NCBI GenBank assembly: GCA_964395195.1
Contig: CAYNCY010000001.1
Location: forward strand, 1-35,450
Source: an uncultured Steroidobacteraceae bacterium
GTDB taxonomy: Bacteria > Pseudomonadota > Gammaproteobacteria > Steroidobacterales > Steroidobacteraceae
Direction of reading: 5' to 3'
Length of the DNA stretch: 35,450 nt
Numbering within the stretch: the first letter of the stretch is position 1; every line of letters starts with the position of its first letter. The notes below the pieces were generated by a model. The model searched no databases. It saw only the letters and a program-made list of their open reading frames with translations, and was not told where the DNA came from. This document shows, one piece after another, positions 23,874 to 32,959 of the stretch. The translations under genes and the position numbers were made by a program.

Positions 23874-24449
23874 CTAGTCCGTCGGTGGCGGCAGCGCCAG
23901 CGTGGCGCGGTGGGCGGCCATTTCGCGCCGGAGACGCCAGACCAGGTAGCCCGCAATCGCGACGTTCGCGACCAGTACGAGCACGCGGACGATCGTCGGG
24001 TGGCGGTGGATCTCGAAGATCTCGACCGGGATCAGCGAGCTGGTCGCGACGATGGTCAGTACCTCGGCCCAGACCAGACCGAGCCAGAGACCGACGCCCT
24101 CGACCAGGAAGAGGGCTGCGTAGATGAACGTCGCGGCCGCCATCAGCTGGATCCGCCGCGGGCTCATGCCGCTCAGGAACGCCATCGCGTCTCGTACCAG
24201 GCGCTGTTCGAACCCGTAGGGCAACTCGTGCGAGAGGCGAAAGAGCCACGCGGTGACCCTGGGATCGTAGAAGCGCAGGAGCCCGAAGCCGGTCGCGATC
24301 ACGAAGAGTGCCTTCACGAACTTGAAGACAGCGATCATGCGCAGGAAGCCGAGCGAACGCGGCAGCGGCGGGGACGGACCGGTCAAGGCTTTCGACCCGA
24401 TCGTGACAGGCGGGCGCGCAGTCTGCCGAGGGAGACCCTCCGCTGGCAA
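23874..24449 (-). CDS. DUF2127-family membrane protein
   Basis: 191-aa ORF with a TTG start in the track. The conserved part starts around LGFLRMIAVFKFVKALFVIATGFGLL, so the start must lie upstream of ATG 24338. The exact start is uncertain. Confidence 0.7.
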   Translation of the reverse strand: MPAEGLPRQTARPPVTIGSKALTGPSPPLPRSLGFLRMIAVFKFVKALFVIATGFGLLRFYDPRVTAWLFRLSHELPYGFEQRLVRDAMAFLSGMSPRRIQLMAAATFIYAALFLVEGVGLWLGLVWAEVLTIVATSSLIPVEIFEIHRHPTIVRVLVLVANVAIAGYLVWRLRREMAAHRATLALPPPTD

Positions 24450-24506
24450 GCGACGCCCCCGCGGCCCCGCCGGGCGCGGCCCGGAGCGCCCGGCGGCCGC
24501 GCGGGC

Positions 24507-27500
24507 TCAGGCGGAAGCGCGCTCCGCGCGCAGCTCGATTGACGGCGGCAGCAGCTTGTACATGACGGGTGTGATCAGCCGCGCGAGCACCGTGGACGAA
24601 ATCAGTCCGCCGATGATCACGACCGCGAGCGGCGAGTAGAGCCCCGAGCCCTGCAGCGCGAGCGGCAGGAGCCCGCCGATCGCCGTCGCCGACGTCAGCA
24701 GGATCGGCAGGAAGCGGATCTCGCCTGCCTTCTCGATCGCGGCGTCGAGCGGCATGCCTTCCTCGCGCAGGTGATTGGTGAAGTCCACGAGCAGGATCGA
24801 GTTCTTAATCTCGATGCCGATCAGCGCGATCATGCCGATGATCGAGGTGAAGGAGAGCGTGTAGCCGGTGACGAGGAGCGCGAGCAGGCCGCCCGTGACA
24901 CCCAGCGGAATCACGCCGGCGACGATCAGCGTCGAGCGAAAGCTCCCGAACTCGAGCACGAGTACCGCGAGGATGCCGAACACCGCGACGAGCACTGCGG
25001 GGAGAAGGCCGCCGAAGCTCTCCTGCTGCGCCTCGACCTCGCCCGCGATCACGAACCGGTAGCCGGGCGGAAACTCGATCTTCCGCACCGCGGCGACGAC
25101 GGCCTGGGTGACGCGCGCGGTGTTGTAGCCGGTCATCGTCTCGGCCGAGACCGTGACCTGGCGCTCGCGGTTGTAGCGGTTGATCGCGTTCGGCGCGGTC
25201 GAGAAATGCGGCGTCGCGATCTGCCGCAGCGGCACCTGGCGCCCCGTGGCCGTGCTCACCTCAATCGCATCGAGCGCCTCGATCGTCGGGCGGTCCTTCA
25301 TCTGCAGCCGCAGCGTGATGTCGTACTCATCGCCGTTCGGCGCCCGGAACTGCCCGGCCGACAGTCCCGCGATCGCGAGACGCACCGTGCGGTTGGCCTC
25401 GAGCGCCGAGACCCCGAGGAGGCCCGCCTTCTGCGTGTCGATGCCAAGATCGAGATCGGTGCGCAGGAGGCGCACGGGATTCTCGACGTCGCGCGTGCCG
25501 GGAGTCGACTTCAGTGCCTTCTCGACCTCGGCGGCCAGCATCCGCAGGCCGTCGATCTCGGGTCCCACGATCCGGATCGCGACCGGTGCGTCGATCGGCG
25601 GTCCCTGCTCGAACTGCTTGAGCGAGATGCGCGCCGCCGGGTAGTCGCGAAAGCGCGCCCGGAGCTGATCGAAGAGCACCGGCGTATGGCGCGCGTCGAA
25701 CTCGGTCAGCTCGACGAAGATCTCGCCGACGTTGGCGGCGCGACCCTGCGGGAAGACGTTGTAATAGACCTGCGGCGTGCCATGGCCGAGGTTCGTGTAC
25801 CAGCGCTTGATCTCGCGGTGCTTGCCGAGCTCGGCCTCGACGTACTTGAGTGCGCGGTCGGTCTCGACGACGCTCGCGCCATCGGGCGCATCGACCCGCA
25901 CCATGAACTGCGGCACGTCGGCCGAGGGGAAGAGGCTGAAGCCGATCAGCGGCACCGTCGCGAGCGCGAGCGCGAAGATACCGAGTGCCGCGAGGAGTGC
26001 CGCGCGCGGGCGCTCGAGCGCCCACTTGAGCGCGGGACCGTAGACGCGGTGGATCGCGTCCATGACCCGCTCGAGCACCCGGTCGGCGAGCACGTCGAAG
26101 CGCTCGATGAACCGGCCGAGAGCGCCGCGAATGCTTCCCTGCGGGCTCACCGGCGGCGGGGTCGCGGTGCCGCTTCGCAGCATCCGGCTCGCGAGGAACG
26201 GGATGACCGTGAAGGCGACGAAGAGCGAGGCGAGCACCGTGTACAGGATCGCGGCTGGCAGCGAACGAATGAACTCGCCCGCACCCTCCGGCAGGAAGAG
26301 GAGCGGCACGAAGGCGAGCACCAGTGTCGCGGTGCAGCCGAGCACGGCCAGGTAGATCTGGTCGGTCGCCTTGATCGCGGCCTCGACGCGGCCGTAGCCG
26401 CTCCTCACGTAGCGGGCGATGTTCTCGACGACGACGATCGAGTCGTCGACCAGGAGGCCGAGCGCCAGCACGAAGCCCGCGATCGACAGCTGGTTGAGCC
26501 CGAAGCCGGTCGCATAGAGGAGCGCGAGCCCGATCGCGAGCGACAGCGGCACCGAGATCATCACGACGCCCGCCGCCCTGAGGCCAAGCGGCAACAGGGT
26601 CAGCAGGACGAGTCCGACGGCGAGGGCGAAGTCACCACCGAGGCGGTCGAGGCGATTGGCGACGTTCTGCGACTGGTCGAAACCGCGCTCGAGCCGGATG
26701 TCGGGCGGCAGCGCACGCTCGAACTCGGCGAGCTTGCCGTAGATGCCGTCGCGCACCTTGAAGATGTTGGTGTTGTCCTTCTGGTTCGCCGTGACGAACA
26801 CGGCGCGCTTGCCGCCGTAGCGGCCGGTGTAGGCCGCCTCGTCCGTGTCCCAGCTCACCGCCGCGACATCGCTCAGCTTGACGATGCGCCCGCCGGCGGC
26901 GCCGACCACGGTGCCGCCGATCTCCTCGAGCGAGCCGTAGCTGCCGGATGTCCGCAGGTTGTAGCGCCGAAGTCCGACATCGACCGCGCCACCCGGCACG
27001 TTGACGTTCTGGCCCTGGATCGCCTGCGTCACCTGGCCGAGCGTGACGCCGGCCTGCGCGAGGCGCTCGAGGTCGACGGCGACGCGAACCTCGGGCGTCG
27101 GGAAGGCCCACGTCTCGGCGGTGCGCACGCCCTTGACGGTCTCCATCAGGTCCTTGAGATGCTCCGCCTGTTCCTTGAGCGACCGGTAGGTCGCCGTGTC
27201 GCTGACGAGCGCCATCTCGACGATGTTGACGAGCCCGGGGTTGTTCTTGCGGATGTCGATCTGCGAGATGTCCGCGGGCAGCGTCGTGCGGATGCGATTG
27301 AACTCGCGGATGACCTCGTCCTGCTTCTTCTCGGGGTCGGAGCCGTAATAGAACTCGACGTGCACCACGGCGATGCCGTCGTGCGCGCTCGAGACGATCT
27401 TCTTGATGTTGTCGAGCGTGTTGACGGCGTCCTCGATCGGCTTCACGACGAGGCGTTCCATGTCGGCGGGATCCGCGCCCGGCCAAACCAGCGTGATGGT

Positions 27501-27635
27501 CGTCGCCGGGAACGGGAAGTTCGGATCCTCGGAGCGCGCGATGCTCGTATAGCTCGCGACGCCGAGTGCGATCAGCAGGCCAAACACGACCAGCGTGAAC
27601 TGCCAGCGGCGGACCGCGAATGCCCAGATGCTCAT
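24507..27635 (-). CDS. RND-family efflux transporter, inner-membrane permease subunit
   Basis: 1042 aa. AcrB/CzcA-like topology (TM1, large periplasmic loop, TM2-7, second loop, TM8-12). Conserved LLVDDSIVVVENI in TM4. Confidence 0.9.
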   Translation of the reverse strand: MSIWAFAVRRWQFTLVVFGLLIALGVASYTSIARSEDPNFPFPATTITLVWPGADPADMERLVVKPIEDAVNTLDNIKKIVSSAHDGIAVVHVEFYYGSDPEKKQDEVIREFNRIRTTLPADISQIDIRKNNPGLVNIVEMALVSDTATYRSLKEQAEHLKDLMETVKGVRTAETWAFPTPEVRVAVDLERLAQAGVTLGQVTQAIQGQNVNVPGGAVDVGLRRYNLRTSGSYGSLEEIGGTVVGAAGGRIVKLSDVAAVSWDTDEAAYTGRYGGKRAVFVTANQKDNTNIFKVRDGIYGKLAEFERALPPDIRLERGFDQSQNVANRLDRLGGDFALAVGLVLLTLLPLGLRAAGVVMISVPLSLAIGLALLYATGFGLNQLSIAGFVLALGLLVDDSIVVVENIARYVRSGYGRVEAAIKATDQIYLAVLGCTATLVLAFVPLLFLPEGAGEFIRSLPAAILYTVLASLFVAFTVIPFLASRMLRSGTATPPPVSPQGSIRGALGRFIERFDVLADRVLERVMDAIHRVYGPALKWALERPRAALLAALGIFALALATVPLIGFSLFPSADVPQFMVRVDAPDGASVVETDRALKYVEAELGKHREIKRWYTNLGHGTPQVYYNVFPQGRAANVGEIFVELTEFDARHTPVLFDQLRARFRDYPAARISLKQFEQGPPIDAPVAIRIVGPEIDGLRMLAAEVEKALKSTPGTRDVENPVRLLRTDLDLGIDTQKAGLLGVSALEANRTVRLAIAGLSAGQFRAPNGDEYDITLRLQMKDRPTIEALDAIEVSTATGRQVPLRQIATPHFSTAPNAINRYNRERQVTVSAETMTGYNTARVTQAVVAAVRKIEFPPGYRFVIAGEVEAQQESFGGLLPAVLVAVFGILAVLVLEFGSFRSTLIVAGVIPLGVTGGLLALLVTGYTLSFTSIIGMIALIGIEIKNSILLVDFTNHLREEGMPLDAAIEKAGEIRFLPILLTSATAIGGLLPLALQGSGLYSPLAVVIIGGLISSTVLARLITPVMYKLLPPSIELRAERASA

Positions 27636-27644
27636 GCGCGTCCC

Positions 27645-28724
27645 TCAGCCCGCGTGCGCCGCGGCGGCGGCGGAGTCGAGTGCGATGCGCACCGTCTCGC
27701 CGTTCTCGAGGAACGCCGCACCGTCGATGACGACCTGCGTGCCGAGCGGCAGGCCATCGAGCACCTCGACCGCGCCGTCCGCGAGGTGGCCGATGTGAAT
27801 CGCGACGCGATTGACGACCTTCCGCGCAGGGTCGAACACGAACACGCTCGCCTCGTTGCCGCTCGCCTCGATGAGCGCGGTGACGGGCACCACGCGGCCG
27901 AGCGGCGCATCGCGCGGCGCGAGGCTCACGCGGGCGACGAGTCCCTGCACGAACCTGGCGGTGCCGGGCTCGACCTGGATCTCGACCGTGAACGTCCCGG
28001 TCGCGGGATCGGCGCTCGAGGCGAGGTTGCCGATGCGGCCGGCGAAGGTCTGGCCGGGAAAGGCATCGAACTCGACGCGCGCCGCGTCGCCGAGCCCGAA
28101 ACGCACGCGATCGCGATCCGCGAGCCCGATGCGCACGACCCAGCCGCGGCTGCCGCCGCCGACGATCAGCACCGGCTGGCCGGCCTGCACGAGCTCGTTC
28201 GGCTGGGCGAGCTTCCTGAGCACGACGCCGTCGGACGGCGCGACGATGCGCGCGTACGCGGAGTTGAACTCGGCGGTGCGCAGCGTCGCCGCCGCGACGC
28301 GCGCCGCGGTAGTCAGGTCCTGCACCTGTTCCTCGGTCGCGACGCCGTCGGCAAAGAGCGCCTGGCCGCGCGCGAGATCGCGGTCGGCCTTGGTCGAGGC
28401 CTGGTGCGCCTGGTCGAGGAGCGAGGCCACCTCGGTCTGCTTGACGAGCGCGAGTACCTCGCCCGCGCGCACGGCCGCACCTTCCTCGACGTGGATGGCC
28501 TCGATCACGCCGCCGATCTTGAAGGCGAGGCGTGCCTCGTCCTTCGGTCCCAGGAGCCCGACCGCACGCACGGTGTCGCCGATGGGCGCCGTCGCGACCG
28601 GCGCGACGCGCACCGGGCGCGCGGTCGCGATCTCGGGCTCGGGGCCGCGTCGCCCGCAGGCGGCGAGCGCGACGAGCCCGAGTGCGAGGATGACGGTGCC
28701 GAGAGCGAGGCGAGAGGCTTTCAT
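27645..28724 (-). CDS. RND efflux periplasmic adaptor (membrane fusion protein), lipoprotein
   Basis: 359 aa. Lipobox LVALAACG and HlyD/biotinyl-lipoyl-like hairpin region. ATG overlaps the OMF stop (ATGA). Confidence 0.85.
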   Translation of the reverse strand: MKASRLALGTVILALGLVALAACGRRGPEPEIATARPVRVAPVATAPIGDTVRAVGLLGPKDEARLAFKIGGVIEAIHVEEGAAVRAGEVLALVKQTEVASLLDQAHQASTKADRDLARGQALFADGVATEEQVQDLTTAARVAAATLRTAEFNSAYARIVAPSDGVVLRKLAQPNELVQAGQPVLIVGGGSRGWVVRIGLADRDRVRFGLGDAARVEFDAFPGQTFAGRIGNLASSADPATGTFTVEIQVEPGTARFVQGLVARVSLAPRDAPLGRVVPVTALIEASGNEASVFVFDPARKVVNRVAIHIGHLADGAVEVLDGLPLGTQVVIDGAAFLENGETVRIALDSAAAAAHAG

Positions 28725-30214
28725 GGCGGACTTTCCGGAAGGAGCGGTTGGCGGCCGGGGCCGACCGCGTACTCGAGGTTGGCGAGGCTGCCGAGCGCGG
28801 TGAAGCGCGTGACGTTGAGGTTGAGGCGGGCGTCCGTCAGCACGCGGCGCGCATCGACGAACTCGGCCTGGTTGATCTGGCCGAGGTCGCGCTTGCGTTC
28901 GGCGATGCGAAAGGCGCCCGCGGCCGCCTCGGCGCGCTTCGCGGCGGTGCCGAGCGAGGCTTCCGCCACTTCGAAATCCTGCAGCGCCTGCTGCACTTCC
29001 AGGCGTATGCGCTGCTCGGCCAGGCTCTTGCCGTCGAGCGCGCTCTTGCGCCGCTCGCGCGCGCCGGCCAGCCCGGCACGGTCGGCGCCGCCTGCAAACA
29101 GGTTGAACTTGAGGACCACCGAGGCGAGCACGTAGCGGTCCTCGCTCGTGAAGCCGTAGCCCGCGCCCTGCGTGCCGGCATCGACCGCGAGCGCGAGCTG
29201 CGGGCGGAACGCGGCGCGCGCCAGGTGCTCGCCCGCCGCGGCGGCGTCGGCCTCGGCGGCGAGCTCCTTGAGCTCGGGCCGGCGGTCGAGCGCAGTCGTC
29301 GCGAGTCCCTGGTAACGGAACGCGCTGTTGCCGAGGCGCGCGGCGAGTTCAGTCTTGAGCGCCGCGACGTCGGCGTCATCGACCGCCGCGACGGCGAGGG
29401 GCGCATCGAAGCTCACGTTGCGGATGAGGTTGACGTAGCTCTGCGCGAGCTGCGTCGCGTTCTCGGCGGCGAGCTTGGTCTGCTCGACCTCGAGCACGTC
29501 CGCCTCGGCGCGATAGACGAGGTCGCGCGTGATCTTGCCGTTCTTGAAGAGGCTCTCGTTGACCCTCTGGTTCTCGCGCGCGAGTTCGAGCGTGACGCCG
29601 AGGATGCCGACGCGCGCACGCGCCTCGAGCCAGCGGTAGTAGGCCGTGCGCATGTCGCGCTCGATGCGGCTGGCGAGGGCGCTTCGCGTCGCGCTTGCCG
29701 CAGCGTAGTCGGCGGCGGCGGCGGCGCGCGCCGGACCCAGGCGTGCGTCGTAAAGCGGCTGCGACAGCGTGAGTTTCGTGTCCTGCTCGCGGCTCCTCAG
29801 GAAGTTGATCTCCTGGTTCGCGATCGAGGGAAAGCGCGAGGTGCCGGTCAGCTGGTTGAGCGTCGAGTAGACGGGGTTCAGGAGATCGCCGACCGGTACG
29901 TCGATCGTGCGGCCGCCGTCGGCGGCGGAGTAGCGCGCGTTGAAATCGAGCGCGGGCAGGTAGCGCGCGCGTGCGGCGTCGAGTGCGGCGAGGCGCTCGG
30001 CAACGGTGGCACCCGCCATGTCGATCTCAAGGTTGGCGCGAAGCGCCTCACCCACCAGGCCATCGACGACCGAGCCGATCGAAGCGGTGGCCTCGGGCGG
30101 CTCGGGCGCCGCCGCGCGGGCCGCCGGGATCGCGAAAAGGAGTGCAAGGACGGCGCCGAGCGCGAGGACGGCGATCAGCTCGCGGAGATAATCACGTGTT
30201 GAGAGGTTAGACAT
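28721..30214 (-). CDS. TolC-family outer-membrane efflux protein
   Basis: 497 aa. Signal peptide ending AARAA. Two repeats of the OEP helical/beta pattern (LDAARARYLP...; RFTALGSLANLEYAVG). Confidence 0.8.
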   Translation of the reverse strand: MSNLSTRDYLRELIAVLALGAVLALLFAIPAARAAAPEPPEATASIGSVVDGLVGEALRANLEIDMAGATVAERLAALDAARARYLPALDFNARYSAADGGRTIDVPVGDLLNPVYSTLNQLTGTSRFPSIANQEINFLRSREQDTKLTLSQPLYDARLGPARAAAAADYAAASATRSALASRIERDMRTAYYRWLEARARVGILGVTLELARENQRVNESLFKNGKITRDLVYRAEADVLEVEQTKLAAENATQLAQSYVNLIRNVSFDAPLAVAAVDDADVAALKTELAARLGNSAFRYQGLATTALDRRPELKELAAEADAAAAGEHLARAAFRPQLALAVDAGTQGAGYGFTSEDRYVLASVVLKFNLFAGGADRAGLAGARERRKSALDGKSLAEQRIRLEVQQALQDFEVAEASLGTAAKRAEAAAGAFRIAERKRDLGQINQAEFVDARRVLTDARLNLNVTRFTALGSLANLEYAVGPGRQPLLPESPP

Positions 30215-30227
30215 GTGTCAGGTTCAG

Positions 30228-30256
30228 GGCAAAAAAAGTCACCCGGCCGGGCGGGG
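30228..30256 (-). terminator. weak intrinsic-terminator-like element overlapping the tetR stop (short GC hairpin followed by T7)
   Basis: Minus strand reads CGCCC-GGCC-GGGTG AC TTTTTTT. A run of 7 T is conspicuous in this GC-rich DNA. It lies between tetR and the OMF gene. Confidence 0.3.
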
Positions 30257-30886
30257 GACGGCCATGTCGTGCACGAGGCCGAAGGCGAACTCGCCGAAGT
30301 CGGCCGGCGCGATGCCGAGGTGCGCGAGATCGGCGCCCTTGGCCATCGCGAGCTGGATGATCCCGTGCGTGAAAGCCCACATGGAGACGGCGACCAGCAT
30401 GGGCGGGCCGATGTCGGCCCGGACGCTGCCATCGCCGATGCCCTTCGCGATCGCCTCGACGACGACGGCGATCGCCCGGTCGCCGGCGATGCGGCACGCG
30501 CCCTCGTTGGAGCCCGCATCCGGGGCGACCGAATGGGCCTGGAAGCGCGCGCAGGCGTCAAAATAGTGGGGGAATTCGTGGGCGTACGCCATGTAGGCGC
30601 GTCCGATTGCGTGGATCTGGTCGATGCCGCGGACGTGGCGCAGGGCGGCCTCGGTGAAGCGTTCACGGAGCACGCGCATCGCGCGCTCGCTGATCGCGAA
30701 CAGGAGTTCCTCCTTGTCGCGAAAGTAGACGTACACGAGAGCCCGCGACAGTCGCGCGCTCTTCGCGACCTGGTCCATCGTGACCGCATCCCAGCCGTGC
30801 TCGGCATACAGGCGTTCGGCGGCGTCGGTGATCTCGCCCCGACGGCGTTCCTTTTCCTCGACCCGGCGCTCGGCGATGTACGACAT
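30239..30886 (-). CDS. TetR-family transcriptional regulator
   Basis: 215 aa. The N-terminal HTH is ITDAAERLYAEHGWDAVTMDQVAKSARLSRALVYVYFRDKEEL. Confidence 0.9.
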   Translation of the reverse strand: MSYIAERRVEEKERRRGEITDAAERLYAEHGWDAVTMDQVAKSARLSRALVYVYFRDKEELLFAISERAMRVLRERFTEAALRHVRGIDQIHAIGRAYMAYAHEFPHYFDACARFQAHSVAPDAGSNEGACRIAGDRAIAVVVEAIAKGIGDGSVRADIGPPMLVAVSMWAFTHGIIQLAMAKGADLAHLGIAPADFGEFAFGLVHDMAVPRPAG

Positions 30887-30905
30887 GGGATCAGCCTAGC
30901 AAGTC

Positions 30906-30922
30906 ATTGACACAGTGTCAAT
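30906..30922. promoter_or_regulatory. perfect 8-1-8 palindrome ATTGACAC-A-GTGTCAAT, a candidate TetR operator overlapping a TTGACA -35 box
   Basis: Read directly from the sequence. On the minus strand: TTGACA (30921..30916), N17, TAGGCT (30898..30893), then 6 nt to the tetR ATG (30886). Confidence 0.6.
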
Positions 30923-30958
30923 TACTAAATGACAGTACAGAATGGGCGGACACCGGCG

Positions 30959-31915
30959 TCAGACGACGCGTCCGCGCCGCCCGCCGGCGAGGAAGTCCTC
31001 GATGTTCGCGGCTGTCTCATCGATCGCCCGTTGTCGGGCCTCCCGCGCGGCCCATGCGGTGTGGGGCGTCACGATGAGGTTCACGAGGTCGGGTGCGAGG
31101 AGCGGACTCCCGTGCACCGGCGGCTCCTCGGTGAGGACATCGATCGCAGCGCCACCCAGATGTCCGGACCTGAGCGCGGCGGCGAGCGCGGCGGGATCGA
31201 CGAGGCCGCCGCGCGCAGTGTTGATCAGGATCGCACCCGGCTTCATCAGTGCAAGTTCGCGCGCCGAGATGAGATTGCGGGTGGCGGGCGTCAGCGGGCA
31301 GTGCAGCGTCACCACGTCCGCGAGCGGCAGGAGTGCATCCAGATCGAGTCGCCCGGGCGCGGGCGGCTCCCCGACGCGGTTGGCGAGGATCACCTGCATC
31401 CCGAAGGCGCGCGCGATCTCGGCGACACCGCGGCCGAGCGTACCGAAGCCGACGACGCCGAGCGTGCGGCCCGCGAGCTCCCGGACCGGGAAGACCTGCG
31501 CGTTCGAGCCGCCCGCGAAATCCCAGGCGCCGGCCTTGAGCGCGCGGTCGTATTCGCGCAGGCGATGGGTGAGCGCAAGCAGCACCGCGAACACGTGCTG
31601 CACGACGGAGGCCGTGCAGTACTCGCGCACGTTGCAGACACCGATGCCGAGCTCGCGCGCCGCGACGAGGTCGACGTTGTTGGTGCCCGTCGCCGTCAAT
31701 GCGACGAGCTTGAGCGAGGGCGATTGGGTCAGCAGCGCGCGCGTGAACTCGACCTTGTTCGCGGCCGCGACGGTGCGGCCGGCGAGGCGTCCCGCAAGCT
31801 CCGCGTCGCTGGTCAGGTCGTGGACGACGAAGCCCGGCAGCGTCCGGAGCAGGGAGGCGGGATTGAGGTCGCCGTCGTAGCTGACGGTCGCAAAATCTAG
31901 GAAAACGCCGCTCAT
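30959..31915 (-). CDS. D-isomer-specific 2-hydroxyacid dehydrogenase (glycerate dehydrogenase / hydroxypyruvate reductase-like)
   Basis: MSGVFLDF... NAD-binding GVVGFGTLGRGVA, and the catalytic R/E/H context (NTARGGLVD...TPHTAWA). The first ATG is at 31915; the track's extra leading M is a TTG. Confidence 0.85.
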   Translation of the reverse strand: MSGVFLDFATVSYDGDLNPASLLRTLPGFVVHDLTSDAELAGRLAGRTVAAANKVEFTRALLTQSPSLKLVALTATGTNNVDLVAARELGIGVCNVREYCTASVVQHVFAVLLALTHRLREYDRALKAGAWDFAGGSNAQVFPVRELAGRTLGVVGFGTLGRGVAEIARAFGMQVILANRVGEPPAPGRLDLDALLPLADVVTLHCPLTPATRNLISARELALMKPGAILINTARGGLVDPAALAAALRSGHLGGAAIDVLTEEPPVHGSPLLAPDLVNLIVTPHTAWAAREARQRAIDETAANIEDFLAGGRRGRVV

Positions 31916-32397
31916 CAATCGCGGAAGTTGTTGAACTGCAGCGCGACCTCGAGCTTCTCCTTGCGCAGCATCGCAATCGCCGTCTGCAGATCGTCACGGC
32001 TCTTGCCGGTGACCCGCACCTTGTTGCCCTGGATCGCGCCCTGCACCTTCAGCTTCGAGTCCTTGATCGCCCGCTGGATCTTCTTGGCGTTCTCGGCATC
32101 GATGCCCTCGCGCAGCACGACCTTCTGCTTGGCGCGCGCGAGGTTGACCTCCGGATCCTTGATCTCGAGGCACACGAGGTCGATGCCGCGCTTGGTTAGC
32201 TTGAGCTTGATGATGTCGAGCATCTGCTTGAGCTGAAAATCAGCCGGCGCATCGAGCGTGAGCTCGCTCTTTTCGAGCGTGAACTTGGCGTCGGTGCCCT
32301 TGAAATCGAAGCGGCCGTCGAGCTCGCGGGTTGCCTGGTCGACCGCGTTGCTGACTTCGTGGTGATCGAGCTCGGAGACGACATCGAAGGAAGGCAC
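31915..32397 (-). CDS. yajQ: YajQ-family nucleotide / cyclic-di-GMP-binding protein (UPF0234)
   Basis: 160 aa with a GTG start and AGGAG 7 nt upstream. MPSFDVVSELDHHEVSNAVDQATRE...RFDFKG is near-identical to the canonical YajQ N-terminus. Confidence 0.9.
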   Translation of the reverse strand: MPSFDVVSELDHHEVSNAVDQATRELDGRFDFKGTDAKFTLEKSELTLDAPADFQLKQMLDIIKLKLTKRGIDLVCLEIKDPEVNLARAKQKVVLREGIDAENAKKIQRAIKDSKLKVQGAIQGNKVRVTGKSRDDLQTAIAMLRKEKLEVALQFNNFRD

Positions 32398-32406
32398 GGC
32401 GCGCTC

Positions 32407-32943
32407 CTAGGCCTCGACCGCCGCCGGGCTCAGCTGGCGGTAGTAGATGGAAGTCGGGTCGAACGTACCCTGGGTCGACCGCACGAAGCCGGGGACGGTG
32501 CCGACCAGCTGGTAGCCGGCGCGCCGGCACAGATGCTCGGCGGGGTCGCCCGTGCGTACATCGAGCGTGAGGAGTGCAATGCCGCGCGCCGCCACCGCTG
32601 CCTCGAGCGCCGTGATCAACGCCCGGCCAGTGCCGCGCCGGCGGTACTGCGAATGCACCATCAGCTTCTGCACCTCGGCGCGGTGCCGCGCGTTCTGGCG
32701 CTGCGCGAAGGCGACCTGGATCGCGCCCGCACACACGTGATTGTCGGTGGCCACGAACAGGAGCCGCTCGCCGCGCCCGACCGCCTCGAGCACCTGCGTC
32801 CAGTAGTTGCGCGCTTCCTTGGTCGTGGGGCGCTCGGTCCAGCCGATCGATGCGCCGCCCGCGACCGAGTCCTGCAGGAGCTCGACGAGCTCGCTGAAGA
32901 GCTCGAGGCTGGGCGGCGCGGTGAGTTCGCTGATCTTCAACAT
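32407..32943 (-). CDS. GNAT-family N-acetyltransferase
   Basis: Track ORF 32407..33063 trimmed to M41 (MLKISEL...), with AAGGA upstream. The acetyl-CoA motif is LMVHSQYRRRGTGRALITALE. Confidence 0.8.
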   Translation of the reverse strand: MLKISELTAPPSLELFSELVELLQDSVAGGASIGWTERPTTKEARNYWTQVLEAVGRGERLLFVATDNHVCAGAIQVAFAQRQNARHRAEVQKLMVHSQYRRRGTGRALITALEAAVAARGIALLTLDVRTGDPAEHLCRRAGYQLVGTVPGFVRSTQGTFDPTSIYYRQLSPAAVEA

Positions 32944-32959
32944 GGATCGGTTCCTTCGC

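Noticed and set aside
24771-29135. 1454-aa ORF on the plus strand spanning the whole RND, MFP and part of the OMF region
   Set aside because: It is antisense to three genes with clear family signatures and is extremely Arg/Asp/Glu/Gly-rich and low in complexity. It crosses gene boundaries without any domain logic. Long stop-free antisense frames are expected at about 70% GC with high GC3.
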